Shown piece by piece: positions 53,403 through 64,000 of a stretch of 64,000 nucleotides of DNA. Position numbers and translations under genes: made by a program. The notes under the pieces were generated by a model. The model worked only from the letters and a program-made list of their open reading frames with translations, did no database searches and had not been told where the DNA came from. Location of the stretch: positions 34,100,001 through 34,164,000 of the forward strand of contig NC_043005.1 in the NCBI RefSeq assembly GCF_006345805.1, in the 5' to 3' direction. Each line of letters opens with the position of its first letter. Position 1 is the stretch's first letter. Source of the stretch: Octopus sinensis (lineage: Eukaryota).

Positions 53403-53452
53403 CAAAAACTGTCTGATGAACGGCAACGGGAAACTCAGAGTAACGGGTTTTG
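53403..53452 (+). ncRNA. minimal type I hammerhead ribozyme, intact catalytic core
   Basis: CAAAAACTGT-CTGATGA-A-CGG(CAA)CGG-GAAA-CTC-A-GAG-TA|ACGGGTTTTG: 10-bp helix I (1 mismatch, 1 G-U), palindromic helix III, GUA site after 53442, one G-G mismatch in helix II; followed by AATAAA and (TA)n. Confidence 0.8.
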
Positions 53453-53484
53453 TTGAATTTTCTGCTGCTTTAAATAAAGTATAT

Positions 53485-53537
<53 letters not shown>

Positions 53538-53544
53538 ATATATA

Positions 53545-53585
<41 letters not shown>

Positions 53586-53601
53586 ATGTATATATTTGTA
53601 T

Positions 53602-53972
53602 GGAGGCGCAATGGCCCAGTGGTTAGGGCAGCGGACTCGCGGTTTCGATTCCCAGACCGGGCGTTGTGAGTGTTTATTAAGAGAAAACACCTAAAAGCTC
53701 CACGAGGCTCCGGCAGGGAATGGTGGTGATCCCTGCTGTATTCTTTCACCACAACTTTCTCTCACTCTTACTTCCTGTTTCTGTTGTACCTGTATTTCAA
53801 GGGGCTGGCCTTGTCACTCTCTGTGTCACGCTGAATATCCCCGAGAACTACGTTAAGGGTGCACGTGTCTGTGGAGTGCTCAGCCACTTACACGTTAATT
53901 TCACGAGCAGGCTGTTCCGTTGATTTGAATCAACCAGAACCCTCATCGTCGTAACCGACGGAGTGCTTCCAC
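53602..53972 (+). mobile_element. tRNA-head SINE (family C, tail variant 2)
   Basis: Same head and 5' body as 27226 but a different 3' half; atatttgtat occurs on both flanks (TSD-like). Confidence 0.88.
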
Positions 53973-53979
53973 ATATTTG

Positions 53980-54018
<39 letters not shown>

Positions 54019-55384
54019 ATATACACACACACATTCTAGCATACATGCACTGAGCTTCTTTCAGTTTCTGTCTACCACATTCACTCACATGGCTTTGATT
54101 CACCTGGAGCTACAATAGATTCTTGCCCAGATGCCACATATTGAAACTGAACCTGAAACCAGGTATGGGAGCAAATTTCTTAGCCAAACAGCCATCCCTC
54201 AATATCTATGATAACTGTATTGCCAAATTCTTTCATTGTAAGAGTGTTGGAAAGGCTGTTTTCTGGTGTGAGCAAAGTTCATGGTAGTCAGTAGGTTGAA
54301 AGAAAGTAGAGATCCAGCAAAGATTTCTTGGTGCTTGGATGTTTGTATGATAATCTTTTGTGAGGTAGGATCTTGAGAATTGTTTTATCTGGCAAGAAAG
54401 ATATGAAAAGCTACAGTCAATCAAACATAGCCATCAAGAACTAAATGTATGCAAGTAAAAGGAGACAAACCACAAAAACTTGAGTTTATAGTTTTTAATT
54501 TCCCTAGCAAACATGAATTCACATTTATCGTCTGTTGCATATCTGAGATTAAGGCTTCATATTATGTAAGACATCATTAATAAAAATGGTCCGGTCTCTT
54601 AATCTAGTGCATATATTTACAAAGATAAACAGTATCCATCTTTTTTCACTTAAAAAACCCCACCATCAATATTAATCTTTTTAACAAATAAACATCCAAA
54701 ATATGATAATTTCTCTTCAGATTGGTACAAAAGCAAAGATTTACTGAACTGTTGGTAGAATCAATTGAATCAATCACTGCATCTTATTGTAAATTATTAT
54801 TTTATTGATCTTAGAAGCAAGGAAGACAAAATCAAAAGATAGTGTGAGGTTAGAAATAAATTTCCTTTGTAAAGACATGCCAGAGTGAACTGACTGACTA
54901 AATCCCCAGTTTATCCTTAAAGTGATCAACTTGATAGAAATACTGAGATAAGATAAGGTTGCTTGGAAATAGGTTGTTATGTAAGATAGCTTGAAGTGAG
55001 AATTATGATGAGGATGATGATGGTGGTGGTGATAATGATAGTAACAATTTCAATGACAATGACAATGCTACTGCTGCTGCTGCTACTACTGCTGCTACTG
55101 CTGATGCTACCACCACTGATGTTGATGATGATGACAGTTACAAAGAATAAATGAAAAACAGAAGACTGGTAAAAACTGTCAGGAATTACATTTGGGAATT
55201 TTTGTTCTATTACTTGTGGAAGAGGGAAACCCAAGAAGTCCTTGTGTTCGTGTTTGTCGTGCCATAATAACTTGACAACCAGTGTTGGTTTGCATATGTC
55301 CTTGTAACTTAACAGTTCAACAAAAGAGAATAAGTACTAGATTTCAAAGTAATGGGATTAATTCGTTTGACTAAAACCTTCATC

Positions 55385-56550
55385 ATCATCATCATCATCA
55401 TCATTTAGTGTCTGTTGTCCATGCTGGCATGGGCTAAATGGTTTGACCAGGGATGGTAAGCTGAGAGGCTGCACCAGACCCTAGTTTGATTTGGTATGGC
55501 TTCTATGGCTGCTAGAGTGTAACGGGTGCTTTTATGTGCCACTGGCATGGGTATCAGTTTGCATGACGCCAATATCTGCCTGGCTTGATACATCTTCTTC
55601 TCAAGCACGGCATATTGCCAGAGGTCTTGGTCATTTACCATTGCCTCCGTAAGGCCGAGCACTCAAAAGGTGCTTTTTACGTGCCACTGGCACAGGTGCT
55701 ATTTACCCAACACCAGCATTGGCCACATTGCCTCTATGAGGCCCAATACTTGAAAGGTGCTTTTTATGTGCCACCAGCATGGATGCCAGTTAAGTGAGAC
55801 TAACAACGACCACGGCTATGATTTCACTTGGCTTAATGGGTCTTCTCAAGCATAGCATATCGCCAAAGGTCTCAGTCACTAGTCATTGACTCCATGAGGC
55901 CCAACGCTTAAAGATCATGCTTCACCACCTTGTCCCATGCCTTCTTGGGTCTCCCTCTTCCACAGCTTCCTTCCACTAGTGGAGATCACCACTTCTTCAC
56001 ACAACTGTCCACATCCATATGCATTACCTGACTAAACCAATGCAGTCGTCTCTATTTTACACCACATCTGATGCCTGTTATGCCCAGCTTTTCTCTGTCG
56101 AACATACACACTGACAATACACATCCAGTGAAGCATGCTAGCCTAATTTCTTTCAAGCTTACACATGTCCTCAGCAGTTGCAGCCCATGTTTCACTGCTG
56201 TGTAACATGACTGTTTGCACACAGAGATCATACAAGCTGTCTTTCGCTCTGAGGGAGAGGCACTTTGTTACCAACAAGGTAGGGGTTCTCTGAACTTTAC
56301 CAACCTATTCTTATTCTAGCAGCTCTGCTCTCAGAGATAACAGAAATTATCAACTACTTCTAGTTTTCCCCTTTGGAATTTGATGGGACCTATGTTTTGC
56401 ACGTTTTTAATGTTAATTGTACCTGTGCACCTACCACACACCAAAACTATTTTCCCTGTTAAGCTTCCTCTGATATTGCTGCACCTCTTATGTATCCATA
56501 GCTTACACTGGGTACATCTTACGGAATTTCTACCTACGCCTTTCCTTATA
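55385..56550 (-). mobile_element. RTE LINE RT C-terminal half plus 3' UTR
   Basis: NSVRCTQCKLWIHKRCS...GKLEVVDNFCYL..., then the RTE C-terminus and a (GAT)n tail at about 55385. Confidence 0.9.
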
Positions 56551-56561
56551 TATGCATATGC

Positions 56562-56649
<88 letters not shown>

Positions 56650-56651
<2 letters not shown>

Positions 56652-57770
56652 CTATGAAGGTTCAATCTAAGGACAGTTGGCCGGCGACCTACTTTGGAAT
56701 ATATCCATTGTTCTGCCAGTTGCGGGTTGATTAATTAGCTCTGGGTAGACCTGCGACCCCTTTCGGGTGAACTGAAGTTCGTTCTAAATACCCCTTGAAG
56801 AAGAGGAAAAAGAAAGTAGTGAGAAAGACAGAGTAAGGGATCTGAGAGCTGTCATGAGAGAGTGACAGCAACAGCGTCGATGAAGATAGGCAGATAGGGC
56901 TGAGAGCAGATAGAGAGAGTATTTGCAGTGCTAAGACAGATTGATGGTGGTGAGAGAGCAAGAGGTTTTACACAGTCGGTTTTTGGGAGTCAAGGCGAGC
57001 GGTTGGAATTTAGGCAGTCGGCGGTTGTGGAGTATTGGGACAGAGAGAGATATATACAGAGGAATAGGCGGCTGATAGAACGGAAGTACAATATGAGGCG
57101 TTGGCTAATGTAAGGTACGTGAATTATGTATTGATATGTGAAGAAAAAGAAGGAAAAGGAATCGATGTATCGAAATGTTGAAAAGAAATGAGACAGTAAA
57201 AAGGAATTTAATGAACAATGTGAATTGAGTAAAGGACTTGTTGATGTGTCGATTATCAAGTTGTGGTATTTATGTTCAGAAATGTGTTGATACTTGTTAC
57301 AAAAGAAAGTAGAAAAAGACTTTAAAGAACTGTGAACGTTATTTGTTTAATTGGATTTGAACATTGATTTGTAACGTGAATTATTTGTGACATGAACATT
57401 GTATACCTGTTTCTTGCATGTGTTTTCATTAATTGATGATGTTATTGAACTTGATGTGTTGTTACTGGATGGTTATATTGTATCTGCATGTTGTTAAATG
57501 CTTTGATCTGTGGTATACCTGTATGATGTATTGAGTTGTTACTTGCGTGTCCTCTTTTAAATGTACCTGATATGTATTTGATGTAACGATTGATTGTCAT
57601 AAACTAGTGTTAATGTAAGCCAATTGCCTTGCCTCTTTGTGTCTCTCTCGATTGCCTCTGTGCTGCTGTTGTTGTTGTTGTTGTTGTTGTTGTATCTCTC
57701 CTCTCCTCTCTGAGTTTCCGTGGCGAAAACATTCGCTGATCGACCGAGCGATGGCAGGTGGTCCGTAACA
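56650..57770. mobile_element. probable solo LTR (1121 bp) inserted in (TA)n
   Basis: Begins TGCTATGA and ends CCGTAACA (TG...CA, imperfect inverted ends); non-coding, CpG-richer than flanks, sharp borders with TA repeats on both sides. Confidence 0.65.
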
Positions 57771-57819
57771 ATATATATATATGTATATATATATATATAA
57801 TATATATTATATATATATA

Positions 57820-57877
<58 letters not shown>

Positions 57878-57920
57878 TATATGTATGTATATATATATAA
57901 TATATATTATATATATATAG

Positions 57921-57954
<34 letters not shown>

Positions 57955-58010
57955 TATATAATATATATATATATATCTATATATATATATATTTATATAT
58001 GTATACATAT
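57771..58010. repeat. long imperfect (TA)n tract
   Basis: About 240 bp of nearly pure A/T alternation. Confidence 0.97.
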
Positions 58011-58818
58011 TTGTATTGTCCTTTGAAATGCTCATATGTATTGAGACATATTTTGTATTAAATCTAATTTTGATTCAACATCTTTTTCTCCTCCATTTTT
58101 CTATAATTATTTATGGTATTTTTATACCTATAACAATATTTTTCAACTACTATTTTCATATTTTTATTACTTGCTCTAGCTGTTTTTTTATGAATATGAT
58201 GAATCTTTATTAGAAATCAGTCTTTCTCTCTTTTTGGACCTATCAAAAAGTTTGAATTGTTCTCTTCTGAACTTACTTTTTCCCTATATATATATGTCAG
58301 TTTCTGCCTACCAAATCCACTCACAAGGCTTTGGTCAGCCCAAGGCTATAGTAGAATACACTTGCCCAAGGTGAACCTAGAACCATGTGCTTGGGAAGCA
58401 AGCTTCTTACCATACAGCTATGCCTATGTTGTGCTACAGAAGATTCCTAATTATTATCTATGTTGTGTCTTGGATTGTGTTCCATTAAGTTATTTATATG
58501 TATACATTTAAATATAAATAATATAAGTTAACAAGAATATATGAAAGCTCAAATAAATATTGGCATGGTCATTGATGTCTTCACACCCAACCTGCCAAAT
58601 ATTGTGAATTACCAATGGAGAATATATTACTAAACTGCTTGCTAACATGATGAGGTCATTGTGTAATTGCTAAACCTGCTCAGTCAGGAGGTGTTACTTC
58701 AATTATTGAAGATCATTTTATTGATAATTGGCAGTGTTGATGAATTTTCATGTCTTATGTTATTAAGTGATTACTGAGTGAACCAATGAGAGAGAGAGAG
58801 AGAGAGAGAGAGAAAGTA

Positions 58819-58878
<60 letters not shown>

Positions 58879-58957
58879 AGCTTCTCACAAATTCTTGACT
58901 TACTAGAAGTCACAGCTACTTCCTTTAATCAAGAAGGATACAGTATATCTATCTCTT

Positions 58958-59035
<78 letters not shown>

Positions 59036-59267
59036 GTGCAAAATTGCATTTGACCCTCTGGCTGACAACTGATGAAGAGTTGGTAGCCTTCTATGTCTGT
59101 TTTCTGTTTATGCATTTATTATGTTTTTTACTTTATATATATATATGTGTGTATGTATATAGGTTTGTGTGTGTGTGTAAATATATATATATATAGGTGC
59201 AGGCATGGGTATGTTGTAAGAAGTTTGCTTCTCAGCCACATCATTCCAGGTTCAGTTTCCCTGCATG

Positions 59268-59700
59268 GCATCCAACCTGGCTCCTTCCCTTGCTCTCACC
59301 CATACTGTCACACCTGCCCCTACCTCTCCAACACCACTATCATCACCAGCATCCACCACTGCCCCTATCACATCACCAACTCTTTTATCTGCACCTACAG
59401 CAATGTCATCTACTACATCTACAGCTCTGCCTGTCCTTCCTTGTACATTGGTCAAATGGAATGTCGTTTAGCTGATTAGTTCACTGAGCATCTCTGAGAT
59501 ATCGGACTTGGCAATGGTACCCCGGTCTCATGCCACTTTCATTCAACGGCTCATTTGCTACAACATCTGTTTATGTTCAGACTGTCTTTGCACAAAGGTC
59601 ACTCGGAATCCCACCATGCCATGAACAGGAATTAATATTCTCCCTTCATTCTTTTGTTCCTTATGACCTTAAATCACCACCCTGCTTCATCTAACACCAA
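59268..59700 (+). mobile_element. Penelope-like element GIY-YIG endonuclease relic
   Basis: PGSFPCSHPYCHTC...F.CTYSNVIYYIYSSACPSLYIGQMECRLAD*FTEHL*DI...HF...EQELIFSL..FVP, matching CxxxxCxxC / NVIYxIxCxxC..YIGxTxR.L..RxxEH; both stops fall at expected Arg codons (CpG decay). Confidence 0.88.
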
Positions 59701-60079
59701 CCCCACACATATTCCCACACACTTTCCACCTTTAAGTACCCCTTCCCTCCACCCCCACACTTGTTCACTGCCTAACTCAATACCCTCACCACACACACCA
59801 TTATATGAACACCCCTACGCACTGTTCAACTCAGTACCCTCCCCATTATGCACACTCACATGCACATACATTCACACATGTCTCACTCCACACACACCAG
59901 CACCCAATACCTCCCAACTCCGAACTCTCATCACCCCTATCCCACCTCGCACTTCCATGCATTCCTCCAGAACACACAGTATTCACTCCTAAAAATACAT
60001 GCAATGCATATGCACACAACATGCCTGAACACAGACAATATACACACTCACACACAATATCTATAGACACATACAACAT

Positions 60080-62740
60080 TTGCTATCTAGCCACAGTAGA
60101 AACAGAGAAGAGGTTTGCCAATGTCCTACAGCGTGAAGATCAGAGACTTCCAGATTATTCCAGATTGCTAGACAATGTGTCAGTGTGAATCGAGATAATG
60201 TGGGAGAGAAATGTATGCATATGGATAACAGAATGCTTGCACTTAGTGATGTGAACAAGAAAGAAGCATGGAAAAGTTATTATGTGAGACTGTTGAATGT
60301 AGAGAATTCATGAGATAAAGGGAGTCTCTCTCTCTCATGTGAATATAGCAGAGGGGCTGGCTATACTAATGGACAGCAGTGTGGTAGATAGGGCAATTAA
60401 AAACATGAAAACTTGGAAAGCCAAATCACAATTCCATCCAGAATCACAACTGAGATGCTCAAAATATCTGGTAAGGTAGGATATAGGTTAGTCACATCAT
60501 CATCATCGTTTAACGTCTGCTTTCCATGCTAGCATGGGTTGGACGATTTTGACTGAGGGCTGGCGAGCCAGATGGCTGCACCAGGCACCAATCTTGATCT
60601 GGCAGAGTTTCTACAGCTGGATGCCCTTCCTAACGCCAACCACTCCGAGAGTGTAGTGGGTGCTTTTTACGTGCCACTGGCACGGGGGCCAGTCAGGTGG
60701 TACTGGCAATGACCTCACACAAATCACCTGCATAGTTAGTCAGATCATTCAAGAAGGTGTAATACCCAGTGAATAGTGTAGCAGCATAATTGTTAGCTGC
60801 TATAAGGGTAAGGGTGATGCTTTAGATAGAAGCAATTATAGAGGCATCAATCTCCTGGACCAGGTGATGAAAATTATGGAGAGAGTTATAGTCCAATTAA
60901 TTAGGAGCAGAATTAGGCTAGACGAAATGCAGTTCAGCTTTGCCTGGGGAAGAAGCACTACTGATGCTATTTTCATAGTCAGGCAACTGCAAGAGAAATA
61001 CTTAGCTAAGAATAAGCCATTATACTTGGCATTCATTTGATCAAGAGAAAGCCATCTATAGAGTGCTCTGCTGTGTGATATGGTGGGCTCTGGGGAGGCT
61101 AGGAGGCTAGGGATAGATGAATGGCTGGTGAAAGCTGTATAGACCATGTGCAAAGACATTCAGTCATTAGTCCACTCCTCTTCATCATTGTCCTCCAGGC
61201 TATAACCTGGGAATTCAAGACTGGCAGCCCCTGGGAACTACTATATACTGATGATCTTGCCCTCATAGCAGATTCCATGTCAGAGCTAGATGAGAAATTC
61301 CAGATGGGGAAGCAAAATCTGGAATCTAAGGGCTTTGTGGTTAACTTAGCAAAGACTAAGGTTCTAGTAAGCAAAAAACTGACAGGACTCTACTCCTCTC
61401 AGGTAGGTGGCCCTGTTCGATTCGTAGGAAAAGTGTGGACAGGAACTCCATTTGGTGTTCTCAGTGTAAGCTATGGTTGCACAAGAGGTGCGGTGGATTA
61501 ATATGAAGGTTATCAGATAGTTTTCATATGTGGAAGATGCATAGGATCCATAAAAACTTTAGAGTCTCAGGAAATTGATTCTCTCAAATGCCCTGGTGGC
61601 TCATTATAGGTAATAGATCATTTCTGCAACCTAGGGGACCAAATTAGTAGTGGGAGAGGATGCACAGAGGGTGTGATAACTAGAATAAGAATAGGATTGA
61701 AGAAATTCAGAGGCTGTTACCTTTGTTGGTCAGAGAAGGTTTCTCTCTCCGAGTGAAAGGAAGATTGTATGATGCATGTATACGGACAGTAATTCTACAT
61801 GGTAGTGAGATTAGGGCCCTGAATGCAGAGGGCAAGTAAAGTTTAGAAAGGAATGAGGCTAGTATGCTCTGCTGGATGTGTAATGTAAGTGTACATGTTC
61901 AACAGAGTGCTAATGTTTTGAGAGAGCAGTTAGGTATAAGAAGAATTAGTTGCTGCATGCAAGAGAGAAAACTGAGCTGGTTTGGTCATGTGATGTAGAT
62001 GGATGCGATGCTAACAGCTCCATAAAGAAGTGCCAACCTCTCGAGGAAATGGAAGACCCAGGAAGTCATAGTATGAAGTACCTCAGAACGACCTCAGAAC
62101 GCTGAACCTTTCAGGTGAAATGACAAAGGACCAATATGCCTGGTGCCTTGCTGTATTCAAGAAGACCTATACCCTGCAACAGAAATGTTAAGTTTGGTCC
62201 CTCTGGTAGTCTTAACCTCCCAACCCCTAACTCATGGTAGTGCCACATAAAAGGACCCAAGCAGTGCCACATAAAACCACCTGTACAGAACCATGTAAAA
62301 CTGCCTATGTGGAGACACATAAAAGCACCGATGTGGTTCCATGTAAAAGCACTCAGCACACTCTGAAAGGTGGTTGTCATTAGGAAGAGTATCCAACTAT
62401 AGAAACCATGCCAAATGAAGGCAGTGAGCTGGCAGAAACGTTAGCACACCAGGCGAAATGCTTAGCGGTATTTCGTCTGCCGTTACATTCTGAGTTCAAA
62501 TTCCACTGGGGTCAACTTTGCCTTTCATCCTTTTGGGATTGATAAATTAAGTCCAGTTACGCACTGGGGTCGATGTAATCGACTTAATCCCTTTGTCTGT
62601 CCTTGCTTGTCCCCTCTATGTTTAGCCCCTTGTGGGCAATGAAGAGATAAGAAACCATGCCAAATCAGACTGGAATTTGGTGCTGCTCCCCAACTTGCTT
62701 GCTCTGCTCAAAGCATCCAATCCATGCCAGTATGGACAAT
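60080..62740 (+). mobile_element. RTE LINE RT region and 3' UTR with deletions and two nested insertions
   Basis: YKGKGDALDRSNYRGINLLDQVMKIMERV, SVISPLLFIIVLQAIT..FKTGSPWELLYTDDLALIA, NLAKTKVLVS; interrupted at 60495-60725 (RTE-tail repeat, minus strand) and 62420-62650 (SINE B). Confidence 0.92.
62420..62650 (+). mobile_element. tRNA-derived SINE (family B) with 16-bp target-site duplication
   Basis: agaaaccatgccaaat at 62401-62416 and 62650-62665 flanks the element. Confidence 0.92.
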
Positions 62741-63417
62741 GCTATATAAATTAATGGTAAAATATCTCTTTACCTTCACCCATTTAGTACACTAGATAAT
62801 GTAATTGCAATGCAATGAAAAAACACTTGTGTATTAATAATTGGGTATTCTACCAGCAGTATATTGGATAGATATTATCCCTTGGTTGGATTCACAACCT
62901 CTAACTTTCTTGGAGTTATATATATAAATATACATATATCCGAAATGTACAGTATTATATATCCATCATGGCTGATCTTACCAATCAGTTTTGCGCAAGA
63001 AATACAATGGAGTGTCAGGTAACAATTTGATTATATAACTTTATACTCACCAAAGTTAGCTGATATGGAAGGTAATATCATTGTCATGTAATGACTGTCT
63101 TCCATGTTGACATGGGTTAGATGGTTTGAAAGGGACTGGTAAGCCAGAGGGCTGCCCCAAGCTCTACTGTCTGCTTTGGTATGGATTTTATGGCTGGATA
63201 CTCTTCCTAATGCCATCTATGATCATGTCTTTGTATTTTACCCCCTTCCATCCCATGACTTGGTAGTTTTGCAAAAGAGACCAATAGAATAAGTACCAGG
63301 CTTTTAAAAAATCAGTACTGGGGTTAATTCATTCAAAGGAAAAATGCTTCTATGAGGTGTTCCAGTATGGCTGTCATCTAATGATTGAAACAAAAAAAAG
63401 AAAGATGTATATGTATG

Positions 63418-63449
<32 letters not shown>

Positions 63450-63629
63450 TGTATGTATGTATGTATGTATGTATGTATGTATGTATGCATGTATGTATGG
63501 ATGGATGTGTGTGTATGTATGTATATGTATGTATGTACCTATATGTATGTATGTATGTGTATGTATGTATATGTATGTACATAGATATGCATATGTATAT
63601 GCTTACACATGCATGCATAACATATGTAT

Positions 63630-63912
63630 GTATTGCCAGTGCCACTAGACTGGCTCCTGTGCAGGTGGCACATAAAAAAGCACCATTTGAGTGTGGTCAC
63701 TGCCAGTATCGCCTGACTGGCCCTCGTGCCAGTGGCATGTAAAACCACCCACTACACTCTTGGAGTGGCTGGCATTAGGAAGGGCATCCAGCTGTAGAAA
63801 CTCTACCAAATCAGATTGGAGCCTGGTGCAGCCATCTGGTTCGCCAGTCCCCAGTTAAATCGTCCAACCCATGCTATCATGGAAAGCAGATGTTAAACAA
63901 TGATGATAATGA
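63630..63912 (+). mobile_element. RTE 3' UTR-derived repeat with (GAT)n tail
   Basis: Same sequence as the 3' part of 11288-11793. Confidence 0.85.
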
Positions 63913-64000
63913 TTTCCCTTTTGTTTTGTTTCTCTTCCTTTGTTTTGTTTGTGTTTTCTTTTTGTTTGTAAAATGATAAAAATAGTATTTCAGTATAGGA

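Noticed and set aside
54509-54755. Two short AG...GT-bounded open segments
   Set aside because: Too short and unrecognisable; expected by chance in AT-rich DNA.

Overview
AT-rich eukaryotic DNA with dense microsatellites. The SINE, RTE and Penelope repeat families and the (TA)n/(CA)n/(GAT)n load are typical of a coleoid cephalopod, most likely Octopus; this is inferred from recognising the repeats, not from a search. No complete protein-coding gene is visible, and almost all ORFs in the supplied track are microsatellite or transposon read-throughs. Most of the window is decayed mobile elements: RTE LINEs, an L1/Tx1-like 3' end, an R4/Dong-like RT, a Penelope GIY-YIG endonuclease relic, Tc1/mariner, hAT and Mutator relics, several tRNA-derived SINE families, MITE-like foldbacks and a probable 1.1-kb solo LTR. 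A few candidate + strand exons exist (best: 42057-42170). The most interesting signal is a dispersed set of minimal type I hammerhead ribozyme (HHR) motifs with unrelated helix sequences: 50160-50222 (-) and 53403-53452 (+) have intact cores, while 8573-8620, 44954-44991 and both arms of an ~855-bp palindrome at 52026-52881 are variant or decayed. Most have a tiny self-complementary helix III, and several sit as short stubs inside (TA)n tracts. This fits a Penelope-like/retrozyme-type system of ribozyme-terminated elements. Repeat boundaries are read by eye and are approximate unless stated to the base.
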